Position numbers and translations under genes: made by a program. Shown one piece after another: positions 1 through 9,979 of a DNA stretch of 36,992 nucleotides. The notes under the pieces were generated by a model. That model was not told where the DNA came from. It saw nothing but the letters and a program-made list of their open reading frames with translations, and searched no databases. The stretch's first letter is position 1. Each line of letters begins with the position of its first letter. Origin of the DNA: an uncultured Candidatus Saccharibacteria bacterium (GTDB lineage: Bacteria > Patescibacteriota > Minisyncoccia > Phycocordibacterales > CAYRGE01); assembly GCA_964423985.1 (NCBI GenBank), contig CAYRGE010000001.1:1-36992 (forward strand), in the 5' to 3' direction.

Positions 1-125
1 GCAAAGACGGGACCTAAACATTGGGTTGCTTCGTCGTTCCATTTAATTACACTTATTGCAAAGATGATGTTCGAATATTAATTTGTCATTGCAAGAAGTG
101 TGAAAATTCTGATTTATGGTTGAAG
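1..125. repeat. Dispersed intergenic repeat family, locus A (one unit truncated by the window edge, one full unit, one degenerate inverted unit)
   Basis: gcaaagacggg (1-11). ggttgcttcgtcgttcc-N12-ttattgcaaagatgatg (24-69) matches the units at 6673-6718 and 23598-23645. A degenerate opposite-orientation copy gtcattgcaagaagtg lies at 85-100. The repeat is GC-richer than the AT-rich flanks. Confidence 0.6.
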
Positions 126-295
126 GATAATAAAAAATGACTGACTTGTTGCAGTGGTTTTTAAGTACTGTTGTTGTCATAAAATTACACAAATCTAGGC
201 TGTGGTGGTTTGGAAATAGTTTTATTGCTTATATAAAAATAAAACCACACAAAAACACAAGCATTATAAATATAATAATTCAAGAAAGTGTTATT

Positions 296-2041
296 TTATG
301 GTTTCTTTTGTAAAATATTTATAAGTTCATCAGTGGTTTTTTCGCCTATTTTACCATCATCTCTGCTTTCAACCATGGTTTTTTTTGTAGTACACTCATT
401 ATCTCCTATGACAATGAAGTAGGGCACTTTTTCAAGCTTGGTTATGCGTATTTTCTTGCCCAATGATTCGTTGCTGTCGTCTAGCTCCGCACGAATATTG
501 GTATTTTTAAGTATCGAAAAAACTTCCCGAGCATATTCTTTGTGATTTTCTCCAATAGGTAGTATTTTAATTTGGACAGGAGCAAGCCATACTGGGAATG
601 CTCCGCCATAGTGCTCAATTAAAAATGCTATTATTCGTTCAATTGCTCCAATTGATGAGCGATGTATTATGATGCATTGCTTTTCTTTGTTTTCCTTGTC
701 TATATAAGTTAGATTAAATTGCTTTGCCCCAACAAAATCATATTGCACAGTAAAAGCAGTATCTTCCTTGCCGTTTACATTGCGCATTTGTATGTCAATT
801 TTGGGGCCATAAAAAGCGGCTTCATCTTTTTCTTCAACAAAGTCACTTTTTCTCTCAGTAAGAACTTCCCTCAATGTTTTTTCAGAAGCATTCCAGGCAT
901 CATCATCTTTATAGTATTTTTTTTCATTCAACCTATCGCCAAGAGACAAGCTATACCAATAATTTTTTCCAATTTTTAATCCAAAAACTTTTGAAATATA
1001 TTCTATTAAGTCAAGGGCTTTAGCAATTTCTGTCTTTGCTTGCTCTTTGTCTGCACAGATTATGTGTGAGTCTGCCAAAGAAAAAGAACGTGCACGAATA
1101 AGCCCAGAAAGTTCACCAGATTGCTCATATCTATAGAGCTTTGCTACTTCTGCCATACGGATAGGTAGCTCTTTGTAGCTATGTGGTTTTCGTAAATACA
1201 GCTCGTAATGATGAGGGCAAGACATTGGTCGCAACATAAACTGCTCATCGTCTATTACTATTGGTGAGTACATTGAGTCCTTGTAATATGGATAATGTCC
1301 TGATTTTTTATATAACTCAATACTAGCTATGTCTGGAGTAATCACATGTTTATATCCTCGTTTAATTTCCTCGTCAACAATAAATCGCTCAAGAACGCGT
1401 CGTATAGTAGCTCCCTTCTCAGTCCAAAGAGGAAGTCCTTTTCCAACCACATCAGAGAATGTAAACAAATCAAGTTCTTTGCCGAGTTTTTTATGGTCGC
1501 GTAATTTCGCTTCTTCTTTTTGTGCAATATTTTGTTTAAGTTCGTCTTCTGTATTGAATACAATTCCATAAATACGAGTAAGCATTGGTCTGTTTTTGTC
1601 TCCCTGCCAGTATGCACCAGCAATATGTGTAAGAGTAAAAGCATTGGGGTCTATATCTTTTGTGTTTGAAACAGGTGTGTTGTCAGAAATATCTGTAAAT
1701 CCATTAATCGTATGCGTAGTAATCTCTTTTTGCTTGAGTTTGTGTATAATCTCAAGTTTATATGGTTCATCCTTAAACATCTCTGTAGCTTGCGGATTTG
1801 TTACTTTTGTTGTTTCAAAAGTTAACCCTTGTTTTATTCGGGAACGAATACTTTTTTTAAACTTCTTAAGCAGTGCTGGGCTAGGAGTTTTTCCATCAGA
1901 AAATTTAAAATCATAATAAAAACCATCTTCTGTAACTGCTCCTTCACCAATTTTTACATTTTTATCATATGCAACCATAGTCATTGCTAGAAGATGTGCA
2001 ACAGAGTAGCGAATTTTATGTAACTGTTCTTGTTTTTTCAT
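296..2041 (-). CDS. thrS: Threonyl-tRNA synthetase (no N-terminal TGS domain)
   Basis: 581-aa ORF with an ATG start. It opens at the ThrRS editing-domain motif (HKIRYSVAHLLAMTM...GFYYDF). It has a class II core and the ThrRS-typical HRSSIGAIERIIAFLIEHYGGAFPVWLAP junction to the anticodon-binding domain. Confidence 0.93.
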   Translation of the reverse strand: MKKQEQLHKIRYSVAHLLAMTMVAYDKNVKIGEGAVTEDGFYYDFKFSDGKTPSPALLKKFKKSIRSRIKQGLTFETTKVTNPQATEMFKDEPYKLEIIHKLKQKEITTHTINGFTDISDNTPVSNTKDIDPNAFTLTHIAGAYWQGDKNRPMLTRIYGIVFNTEDELKQNIAQKEEAKLRDHKKLGKELDLFTFSDVVGKGLPLWTEKGATIRRVLERFIVDEEIKRGYKHVITPDIASIELYKKSGHYPYYKDSMYSPIVIDDEQFMLRPMSCPHHYELYLRKPHSYKELPIRMAEVAKLYRYEQSGELSGLIRARSFSLADSHIICADKEQAKTEIAKALDLIEYISKVFGLKIGKNYWYSLSLGDRLNEKKYYKDDDAWNASEKTLREVLTERKSDFVEEKDEAAFYGPKIDIQMRNVNGKEDTAFTVQYDFVGAKQFNLTYIDKENKEKQCIIIHRSSIGAIERIIAFLIEHYGGAFPVWLAPVQIKILPIGENHKEYAREVFSILKNTNIRAELDDSNESLGKKIRITKLEKVPYFIVIGDNECTTKKTMVESRDDGKIGEKTTDELINILQKKP

Positions 2042-2157
2042 TTTGTTTATTTATTATTTCCATTATGCACTATTTGTATGTGTTTTTATTTCAACAATAT
2101 GGCTGTTTCAATATTTCTAAGATTACTTATTTTTATAGATCTTGATATCGATTAGAT

Positions 2158-5100
2158 CTATAGAAATTTAAGTGCCTCAATGACTAGGCTTTTTTCATTG
2201 TTTCTTTCAGATATCCGTCCTTTAATTTTTATACACCTGTTTTTTGTTTCAAGCAGGTCTTTATGTTTATTAAAAACATCAGGAAATGCAACAGCTTCAA
2301 TATCATCATTATAATCAGAAATCTTTAAAAATGCCATATGATCACCGCGTTTTGTATTTACAACTTTCATTTCGGACACTATTCCAGCAACTATTGTTAA
2401 CATACCTTCTCGTAGTTTTTTAGAGCTAGCTATTGCGATATTGGAGCTCTTTAGCTTGTCTCGGTGTTCATCAAGTGGGTGTCCCGTAACATACAGACCA
2501 AGCAGTTCGTGTTCCCAGCTTAATTTTTCAATTGCCGATGCAGGAGGTGATTCCTTCAGACTTAAAGAGGGTGCTGAAGAGCTATTTTTAAGTCCATCAA
2601 ACAATGATCCTTGGTTCGATGGACCACTCAATTGTTCTCTATGGTAAGCAAGAATCTCCTCCATGTTTGCAAGAATAACCCCTCTCTCACCAAGATGGTC
2701 CATTGCACCAGATTTTACAAGAGCATCAAGAGATTTCTTATTTAAGTTTTTGTGTTTAATGCGATCCAAAAAGTCAACGAGTGAAATAAACTTGCCTTTG
2801 TTTTGGCGTTCACTAATTATCGCATCTGATATGTCACCACCGAGATGTTTAATTGTATATAAACCAAACCGAATTTGCACCTTGTTTTTTTGAGTGGTTT
2901 TTGCTGCACTATTGTCTTTTTGCGAATCAATCAAAGTAAAACCACCGAAGCTCTCATTGATATTTGGTGGAAGTACAGGAATATTCATTTGCTTACATTC
3001 ATTAATAATTTTTGCAATTTTTTCGGTATCTCCAGATTCAGCGGTGAGCACAGCGGTCATATATTCACCAGGGAAGTTTGCTTTCATATATGCGGTTTGA
3101 TACGCTAACCTTCCATAGCTAGCTGCGTGAGCCTTGTTAAATCCATATGCAGCAAATGGTTCAATTAGATTCCAGATGGCTATGGCTTTTTGTTTTGCCA
3201 TCTTGCCATTCACACATCCATCTATAAATTTTTTCTTTTCTTTTGCCATAACTGAAGGAATTTTCTTTCCCATCGCCTTTCGTAGCATATCTGCTTCAAG
3301 CCATGAATATCCCGCTAGTTTTATAGCAATCATAAGCACATCGTCTTGGTATGTAACCACGCCAAAAGACTGGTCAAGTATTTCTTCCATTCGTGGATCT
3401 AGAAAGGTTATCGCTTCTTTTTTTTGTTTGCGAGCTATATAGTGAGGAATGTTTTCCATGGGGCCAGGGCGATAAAGTGCCACCATTGCATTTATGTCGT
3501 GTATAGTCGTTGGTTTGAGCTCCTTTAAGTAACGAGTCATTCCACCTCCAGAGAGCTGAAACACACTCATTGTGTCTCCTTTTGCAAGCATTGTGAATGT
3601 TTTCTTGTCGTCCAAAGGAATGTTTTCTATGTCTATTTCTATGTTTCGTAGTTGCTTTACGAGTATTATTGCACCAGCAAGAGTTGCCAGATTTCGTATA
3701 CCTAAAAAATCAAATTTCAAAAGCCCTGCATCCTCTACGGCATGCATATCGTATTGTGTAATAATTTTTCCTCCTCGTGGGTCAAGTTGTGTTGGTACAA
3801 AATCAGTTAATGGTGTTGGAGCTATAACAACACCTGCTGCATGAACCGAAACATGCCTAACACATCCTTCTAATAGTTTTGCCAAATTAATTATTTCTTT
3901 CGTTGTGTCATCTTTTTTGTATAGCTCTGCGAGTTCTGGTTCAATTTCAAGAGCCTTATCTATTGTCATTGGAAAACCCTGAGAACCAAGCGGAATTAAA
4001 TTTGCAATTTTGTCTCCTTTTATATATGGATGACCAAGAGCACGCGTTACATCGCGAACAGCTCCCTTTGCAAGCATTGTTCCGAAGGTGCCAATTTGAG
4101 CAACATTCTCTTCTCCGTATTTTTGTTTAACATACTCAATCACTTCATCGCGTCGGTTGTCTGCAAAATCCATATCAATATCAGGGGCTGACGGGCGTTC
4201 AGGGTTTAAAAATCTTTCAAAAGGTATTTTATATTCAAGTGGATCTATGTTGGTAATTCCAAGTAAGTAGGTTACTATTGAACCAGCAACAGAGCCCCTA
4301 ATATTAGTTAAAATACCACTTCTGCGTGCATAATAGATAATATCCGCAACAACAATAAAATAAGGAGAATATCCTTTTGTTTTAATTATATCAAGTTCAT
4401 ACTCTATGCGAGAAACGACATCTTTTGTTTTCTCTAGCTTGCGTTTTGATATTCCTTCGTAAACAACTCGCCGCAGTTCTTCGTCGTGGCTTAATCCATT
4501 TGTTGTGGCAAAATCAGGGAATACCCACTTGCCGAGTTCTATTTCTACTTCACACATATCTGCGATTTTCATTGTATTTGAGACAGCCTCAGGTGTATCT
4601 TTAAAACATTCAAGTGCTTTTTTTGTGTTAATAAATGAATAATCATCAGAACTCATTGAAAAACGATCGCTACTAGAAAGATCTGTATTTGTCTGTATTG
4701 CAAGAAGTGTTTCGTGTGCTTTTTGGTGTTTCATTTCAGGGTAGTGTGAGTCTTGTGTTGCTACAAGCGGAATGTCTAACTCTTTTGAAAGGCTTATTAT
4801 TTTGTTTTTTACGACTTCAAGTCCTTCCACATTTGGGTGATGCATAATCTCTAAAAAATAGTTTTCCTTGCCGTAAAAACCTTGATGTTCTTTTATTATA
4901 TTTCTTGCCTCTTCTGTTTTTCCTGCTTTTAATGCTTGTGAAAGCTCCCCACCATAACACCCAGAAAGACAAACAATTCCATCGGAGTGTTTTTGTAAAA
5001 GCTCTTTATCAACACGAGGTTTATAGTAAAAACCCTCAATAAATGATTTAGTAACTAGGGTTATAAGATTTTTATATCCAGTTTTGTTTTTAGCTAAAAG

Positions 5101-5421
5101 GGTAAGGTGAAATCGCTTTGTGTCAATACCTGGTTGTTTACTGTGTCTAGAACCAGGCGTTACATATAGCTCAACACCAATGATTGGTTTTATTCCAGCC
5201 TTTTTGCATTTTTTATAAAATTCTATGGCTCCATACATATTGCCGTGGTCGGTTAAGGCAATCGCTGGAACCCCATCTTTTTTTGCAAGCTCAACTAAAT
5301 CATCTATTTTTGATAAACCATCAAGCAAGCTGTAATGGCTATGGGTATGCAAATGAACGAATTTTGTTTGATTATTATTCAAAGTATAAGTATTATAACA
5401 CCACAATAGGCTTGCTTTCAA
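2158..5421 (-). CDS. dnaE: DNA polymerase III alpha subunit
   Basis: 1087-aa ORF with the N-terminal PHP motif FVHLHTHSHYSLLDG, pol III alpha core segments (e.g. LLKFDFLGIRNL, HAAGVVIAP) and a C-terminal OB-fold region. The start is uncertain: the track start at 5421 is TTG and no ATG precedes the PHP motif. Confidence 0.93.
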   Translation of the reverse strand: MKASLLWCYNTYTLNNNQTKFVHLHTHSHYSLLDGLSKIDDLVELAKKDGVPAIALTDHGNMYGAIEFYKKCKKAGIKPIIGVELYVTPGSRHSKQPGIDTKRFHLTLLAKNKTGYKNLITLVTKSFIEGFYYKPRVDKELLQKHSDGIVCLSGCYGGELSQALKAGKTEEARNIIKEHQGFYGKENYFLEIMHHPNVEGLEVVKNKIISLSKELDIPLVATQDSHYPEMKHQKAHETLLAIQTNTDLSSSDRFSMSSDDYSFINTKKALECFKDTPEAVSNTMKIADMCEVEIELGKWVFPDFATTNGLSHDEELRRVVYEGISKRKLEKTKDVVSRIEYELDIIKTKGYSPYFIVVADIIYYARRSGILTNIRGSVAGSIVTYLLGITNIDPLEYKIPFERFLNPERPSAPDIDMDFADNRRDEVIEYVKQKYGEENVAQIGTFGTMLAKGAVRDVTRALGHPYIKGDKIANLIPLGSQGFPMTIDKALEIEPELAELYKKDDTTKEIINLAKLLEGCVRHVSVHAAGVVIAPTPLTDFVPTQLDPRGGKIITQYDMHAVEDAGLLKFDFLGIRNLATLAGAIILVKQLRNIEIDIENIPLDDKKTFTMLAKGDTMSVFQLSGGGMTRYLKELKPTTIHDINAMVALYRPGPMENIPHYIARKQKKEAITFLDPRMEEILDQSFGVVTYQDDVLMIAIKLAGYSWLEADMLRKAMGKKIPSVMAKEKKKFIDGCVNGKMAKQKAIAIWNLIEPFAAYGFNKAHAASYGRLAYQTAYMKANFPGEYMTAVLTAESGDTEKIAKIINECKQMNIPVLPPNINESFGGFTLIDSQKDNSAAKTTQKNKVQIRFGLYTIKHLGGDISDAIISERQNKGKFISLVDFLDRIKHKNLNKKSLDALVKSGAMDHLGERGVILANMEEILAYHREQLSGPSNQGSLFDGLKNSSSAPSLSLKESPPASAIEKLSWEHELLGLYVTGHPLDEHRDKLKSSNIAIASSKKLREGMLTIVAGIVSEMKVVNTKRGDHMAFLKISDYNDDIEAVAFPDVFNKHKDLLETKNRCIKIKGRISERNNEKSLVIEALKFL

Positions 5422-5497
5422 ATTGCATTACTTAAACCCCATGAAACATAGATTTTGTCTAAAAAATAGAATAAACTTATAGCGAAATTAAAAGTAT

Positions 5498-6106
5498 ATG
5501 AACAAAAAACATATCATAGGAATAGACGAAGCAGGAAGAGGTCCTGTTGCTGGTCCTGTGTCAATTGGAGCAGTTATTGTCCAAGATGTTTTTCTAGAAG
5601 ATTTTTTGGTGTGTTTTTCTGGCGTCAAAGACTCAAAAAAATTATCACCCAAGAAGCGTGAGCTGTGGTTTTTGCAAATGAAGGAAGCCAAGAAAAAAGG
5701 TTTAATTGATTTTAGTGTGTCGCTTATTAAATCGGGAGTTATTGATAATATTGGAATTGCCCCCGCAATAAGAATGGGAATACAAAAAACACTTAGTAGG
5801 TTGGACCATAAAAAAGCAGATACAAAGATTTTACTTGACGGAGGGCTTAAAGCACCAGATTGCTATAAAAAACAAGAAACAATTATTCGCGGAGATGAAA
5901 AAGAGATAATTATTGCACTTGCGTCAATTGTGGCTAAGGTTTCGCGAGATGCCCATATGATTAAAATTGCTGAAAAATTTCCAAAATATATTTTTGAACA
6001 ACACAAAGGATATGGGACAGCTGAGCATTATAAAAGAATAAAACAATATGGCTTATGTGAAATACATAGAAAAAGCTTTTTAAAAAAACTGAAACTTGAC
6101 ATTTAA
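5498..6106 (+). CDS. rnhB: Ribonuclease HII
   Basis: 202-aa ORF with an ATG start, the catalytic GIDEAGRGPVAGPV motif, and typical RNase HII length and C-terminus (HRKSF). Confidence 0.9.
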   Translation: MNKKHIIGIDEAGRGPVAGPVSIGAVIVQDVFLEDFLVCFSGVKDSKKLSPKKRELWFLQMKEAKKKGLIDFSVSLIKSGVIDNIGIAPAIRMGIQKTLSRLDHKKADTKILLDGGLKAPDCYKKQETIIRGDEKEIIIALASIVAKVSRDAHMIKIAEKFPKYIFEQHKGYGTAEHYKRIKQYGLCEIHRKSFLKKLKLDI

Positions 6107-6243
6107 AACTATTTCCTAAAAACAGGTTTTAATTTATTTTTTAAAACACATAAGTATTTTAAAAATTACAGAAAATTAATAAAGCATTAATTATTCTATG
6201 TTTATTGTAAACCAACAAAGTTTTAAGACGGTGTGGCATAGGG

Positions 6244-6272
6244 TTGACAAATCTATAATCATAATCTATAAT
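6244..6272 (+). promoter_or_regulatory. Consensus sigma70-type promoter (TTGACA-17 nt-TATAAT)
   Basis: TTGACA at 6244-6249 and TATAAT at 6267-6272, with exactly 17 nt between them. It lies 52 nt upstream of the ATG at 6325, which has a GGAG Shine-Dalgarno at 6316-6319. Confidence 0.6.
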
Positions 6273-6324
6273 TATTATAGTTTGTTCGTTTAGAAATTAA
6301 ATAGAAATAAAAAAAGGAGAAAAA

Positions 6325-6528
6325 ATGAAAAATAGAGTAGATTCTATTGTGCTCGGAGGTGTTGCAAAAACCTCCTTGTTGGTTTTTTTTGTGGGCATTG
6401 TATCTTCCGTGGTGTTAATTATTGGCACTGCAGAAGAAACAACTATTATTATAGCCAGGATTGTATTGGTTTTTGTTGTATTCTATTTTTTGTTAACCTG
6501 TGTGTTTTTATTTTTCTGGAGAAATTAA
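6325..6528 (+). CDS. Small two-TM membrane protein, unknown function
   Basis: 67-aa ORF with an ATG start and GGAG 5 nt upstream. It has two long hydrophobic stretches and is bracketed by a consensus promoter and an intrinsic terminator. Confidence 0.6.
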   Translation: MKNRVDSIVLGGVAKTSLLVFFVGIVSSVVLIIGTAEETTIIIARIVLVFVVFYFLLTCVFLFFWRN

Positions 6529-6540
6529 AAACACACAACC

Positions 6541-6573
6541 CCCCCATTGTTATAAAAACAATGGGGGTTTTTT
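6541..6573 (+). terminator. Rho-independent terminator
   Basis: 11-bp perfect stem cccccattgtt (6541-6551) / aacaatggggg (6557-6567), 5-nt loop, then a T6 run (6568-6573). It starts 13 nt after the stop at 6528. Confidence 0.8.
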
Positions 6574-6612
6574 ATAAAGGACACAGAGTAAACTTGAAGA
6601 CGAACACTATCT

Positions 6613-6725
6613 GTCGTTGCGAGGCACGAAGCAATCCAGAGTTGTCGTTTCGGGTATTTAGGGTTTTGTACTAGATTGCTTCGTCGCTCCATTTCATTAC
6701 AATCCTCTCAAAGACGGGATATAAT
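6613..6725. repeat. Dispersed intergenic repeat family, locus B (inverted pair of units)
   Basis: Unit gtcgttgcgaggcacgaagcaatcc (6613-6637) faces unit agattgcttcgtcgctcc-N-cctctcaaagacggg (6673-6718). The arms acgaagcaatc (6626-6636) and gattgcttcgt (6674-6684) are perfectly complementary, and the outer arms match 10/12. The locus ends in atataat (6719-6725), as locus C does. Confidence 0.7.
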
Positions 6726-6776
6726 CTAGCCAAAAAACATATTTCTGTAAAGCTTTAAAATAAAACCTGTCTGTCT

Positions 6777-8966
6777 TTATTTGTCTTTGTTTATTTTATG
6801 GGGGTTGTGCATTTCGCAACCCTTATCACTACACCTTTCTGGTATGGTTTTAGTTCCCTGCATCATAAGTGCACTGCAGAGAGGGCATTTTCTTCCTGTT
6901 GGGCGGGCTTTTATTGCAAGTTTACAGTCAGGATAGTTTGAACAACTGTAAAACACACCAAACCTTCCTTTTCGCTCAACCATAACTCCAGTGATGTTTT
7001 CTTTGGTAGATTTTTTTGCACACTCAGTGCAGGATACACCTGTTGATCGTTTTGCGACTTCTTCCTCGCTTTCTTTAATAAATTTACATTTTGGATATTT
7101 ATCACAAGATATAAATTTACCAAATCGTCCTTCCCGTAGTATTAGGCGACCGTTACATTTTGGACAATCTTCACCAGTCTCTTTCGGTCCCTCAATCTCT
7201 GCTCCATCCATAGTTCTTGCTCCCATACATTCAGGAAATTTACCACAAGAAAGAAATTTACCGTTTTTGCCAAGCTTTATAATCATATTGCTTTTACAAG
7301 ATGGACAAAATAGAGACGGATCTGCATTACCAAGGTTTGTTAGTTTTTCAATTCCCTTTTTATTTTCAATATCTTTTCTGAATGGACCATAAAAATCTTT
7401 TAACGTTTTTAAATATTTTCGCTTACCATTTGCAATATCATCTAGTTCGTTTTCCATTTCTGCTGTAAAAGAATCATTTATATAATCTGCAAAATATTTT
7501 TCAACAAAATCACTTACGACTTCTCCTGTGTCTGTTGGAAATAGCGTTCGTCCATTTTTTTCTACATACCCTCGTGTGTTTAAATTTCTTATTGTTGTTG
7601 CGTATGTGCTCGGTCGCCCAATACCTCTTTTTTCAAGCTCTTTAATAAGCCCTGCTTCTGTGTATCGTGAAGGGGGTTGCGTTTGTTTTTCTTCAGACTC
7701 GATTTTTGTAAGAGAGAGAGAATCTCCCACAGACAGTTTTGGTAATTCAACATCTTCTCCACGAGCTGTTGTATCAACCATAAGCCAACCATCAAATAAA
7801 AGCCGTGATCCATTAACCGCAAAATCAGGAATGACACGACCTTTTATGTTTGCAGTAATTTTTGTGCGTAATATTTTTGCATCAGACATTTGGCTCGCAA
7901 CGGTTCTTTGCCAAATTAGTTCGTAGAGCTTTTTTTGCTCATCGGTTGTTCCAGCTGTTGTCTTGGAAATACTCGTTGGACGCACCGCCTCATGTGCCTC
8001 TTGTGCGGACTTGCTTTTGGTTTTATAAACGCGCATTTGTTTATATTTATCTCCATACTTTTTTATTATCTCAGAATGAACCATACTAAGCGCATCATTT
8101 GAAAGAGTTGTGCTGTCTGTTCGTATGTAAGTTATAAGCCCAGCCTCATATAGTCTTTGTGCGACCAACATTGTGCGAGAAGGAGAGAATCCAAGTCTTG
8201 TGCTAGCAACTTGCTGTAGTGTTGATGTTGTAAAAGGTGGTTTTGGGCTACTTTTTGCTTCGGTTTCTTTTATTTTTGAAATGCTCCACGAACCTTTTTT
8301 CCCTTCAGACAGTATTCGTTCAGCTTCATTAAAATTTGTGGGCTCTTCAGTGCATACAAAAGGTACTTCATTTTTTTGCATATTAAACAAAGCAGTAATA
8401 ACCCAAAAAGTTACAGGGTTAAAAGCTCGTATTTTTCGCTCTCGCTCCATTATCATACGAAGTGCTGGTGACTGAACACGACCAGCTGAAAGACCGTATC
8501 TAACTTTTCTCCAAATAAGTTCCGATAAGTCGTAACCAAACAATCTATCAAGAACTCTGCGAGCCTCCTGTGCTTTTCGGAGGTTTTCGTCAATATCACG
8601 CGGACTACTCATTGCGGTCTGTACGGTGTTTTTTGTGATTTCATTAAATACCACTCGTCTTGGATTTTCTAAACCACAAGCTTCTTTTATGTGCCACGCA
8701 ATAGATTCACCTTCTCGATCGGGGTCAGTGGCGAGGATTACTTCTTTTGCGTTTTTTGCAAGAGACTTAATATCTCTAATAATTTTTTCTTTTCCTTTTG
8801 AAACAACATAACTAGGAACAAAACCATTTTCTACATCAATCGCTTGTTTGTTTGATTTAGGTAGGTCGCGAATATGCCCAACACTGGCTGTCACCTTATA
8901 TTCACTGCCTAGGTATTTTTCAATCGTTTTAGCTTTTGCTGGTGACTCTACTATTAAAAGTTTCAT
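6777..8966 (-). CDS. topA: DNA topoisomerase I
   Basis: 729-aa ORF with an ATG start. It has a Toprim N-terminus (MKLLIVESPAKAKTIEKYLG, DPDREGE), the catalytic-Tyr region LITYIRTDST, and four C-terminal Cys4 zinc-ribbon repeats. Confidence 0.95.
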   Translation of the reverse strand: MKLLIVESPAKAKTIEKYLGSEYKVTASVGHIRDLPKSNKQAIDVENGFVPSYVVSKGKEKIIRDIKSLAKNAKEVILATDPDREGESIAWHIKEACGLENPRRVVFNEITKNTVQTAMSSPRDIDENLRKAQEARRVLDRLFGYDLSELIWRKVRYGLSAGRVQSPALRMIMERERKIRAFNPVTFWVITALFNMQKNEVPFVCTEEPTNFNEAERILSEGKKGSWSISKIKETEAKSSPKPPFTTSTLQQVASTRLGFSPSRTMLVAQRLYEAGLITYIRTDSTTLSNDALSMVHSEIIKKYGDKYKQMRVYKTKSKSAQEAHEAVRPTSISKTTAGTTDEQKKLYELIWQRTVASQMSDAKILRTKITANIKGRVIPDFAVNGSRLLFDGWLMVDTTARGEDVELPKLSVGDSLSLTKIESEEKQTQPPSRYTEAGLIKELEKRGIGRPSTYATTIRNLNTRGYVEKNGRTLFPTDTGEVVSDFVEKYFADYINDSFTAEMENELDDIANGKRKYLKTLKDFYGPFRKDIENKKGIEKLTNLGNADPSLFCPSCKSNMIIKLGKNGKFLSCGKFPECMGARTMDGAEIEGPKETGEDCPKCNGRLILREGRFGKFISCDKYPKCKFIKESEEEVAKRSTGVSCTECAKKSTKENITGVMVERKGRFGVFYSCSNYPDCKLAIKARPTGRKCPLCSALMMQGTKTIPERCSDKGCEMHNPHKINKDK

Positions 8967-9049
8967 AGTTGTTGTTTATTATAAATTTTTAAAATTAATA
9001 ATTCTAGTAAGAAATTTTATTTTATATCTTAAATAACTCCGTGTATAGA

Positions 9050-9928
9050 TTATGTAGAATTTTCATTTCGTAAGTTATAAATTTTTCCATTAGATTTTTT
9101 TATAATTCCTTTAATTTCCAACATAGAAATTAAAGGAATTATTTTTATGGAAGGCAGTTTCGTGATGTTTATTAATTCATCTATATGTAGTGGCTCTGAC
9201 AGGGCGGATAATATATGTTTTTCATCTGTGGTTAGATTGTGTTTATATTCATCAATTTCTTTTATTGTGTCAATGCCTAATGTTTCAAGTATGTCCTTGC
9301 TTTCAGTGATTGGTGTTGCTCCATTTCGGATTAAATGGTTTACTCCAATGCTCCCTGATTGAAATATTGGTCCTGGAACAGCAAGAATCTCACGATTATA
9401 ATCAAGCCCCAAGCGTGCTGTAATAAGTGTTCCTGATTTTTCTTTTGCTTCAACAATAAGTATTGCGTGTGAAATTCCTGCCATAATTCTATTGCGTTTT
9501 GGAAAACTCCACACTGTTGCGCGAAAATCTGGCTCATACTCTGAAATGAGTGCTCCTCCAGTATCTAATATTTTTTTTGCTAGGGTTAGGTTTGTTGCAG
9601 GATAGATGACACTATCGTTAAGTCCCGACCCGGGGACTGCAATTGTTTTTAAGTTTGCAGAAATTGCTGCACGGTGTGCTTCTGTATCAATACCAAATGC
9701 GAGCCCTGATACAATAACAATATTATAGCCAGAAAGTCCACTAATAAGCTGAGCACAGGCATCCTTTGCATAATTACTTGCTTTTCGTGAACCAACAACA
9801 CACAAATAATGCGGATTGTTTTTTGGCAGAGTGCCGCGAACAAATAAATAATTCGGAGGCCCAGGGGTTTCTTTTAAAAGGCTTCCAAATGGTAGTTCTT
9901 TTATTTTATATTTACGAAGATCACTCAT
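9050..9928 (-). CDS. dprA: DNA processing protein DprA/Smf
   Basis: 292-aa ORF with an ATG start. It has the DprA Rossmann-like core (VVSGLAFGIDTEAHRAA, GTLITARLGLDYNREILAVPG) and a C-terminal winged-helix-like tail. Confidence 0.9.
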   Translation of the reverse strand: MSDLRKYKIKELPFGSLLKETPGPPNYLFVRGTLPKNNPHYLCVVGSRKASNYAKDACAQLISGLSGYNIVIVSGLAFGIDTEAHRAAISANLKTIAVPGSGLNDSVIYPATNLTLAKKILDTGGALISEYEPDFRATVWSFPKRNRIMAGISHAILIVEAKEKSGTLITARLGLDYNREILAVPGPIFQSGSIGVNHLIRNGATPITESKDILETLGIDTIKEIDEYKHNLTTDEKHILSALSEPLHIDELINITKLPSIKIIPLISMLEIKGIIKKSNGKIYNLRNENST

Positions 9929-9979
9929 ATTGTGTATTTTATTGATATGACACAGACTGTATTATATACTATAAATATA

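Noticed and set aside
60-85. The gttcgaat motif (68-75) resembles a tRNA T-loop.
   Set aside because: The flanking 5-nt segments (tgatg / attaa) cannot pair as a T-stem, and no acceptor, D or anticodon arms can be drawn. The motif lies within the repeat-element region.
137-316. 59-aa plus-strand ORF (MTDLLQWFLSTVVVIKLHK...) upstream of, and overlapping, the thrS 3' end.
   Set aside because: It has no RBS and odd composition, it overlaps the thrS stop region, and it lies just below the size threshold. It is most likely non-coding.
2136-2160. Short palindrome tagatct..agatcta overlapping the dnaE stop, considered as a possible terminator.
   Set aside because: The stem is only 7 bp with an 11-nt loop, and there is no U-tract on the minus strand. 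The evidence is insufficient.
5488-5691. 67-aa minus-strand ORF overlapping the rnhB 5' end.
   Set aside because: It is antisense to the strongly supported RNase HII frame, including its catalytic motif, and has no independent signals.
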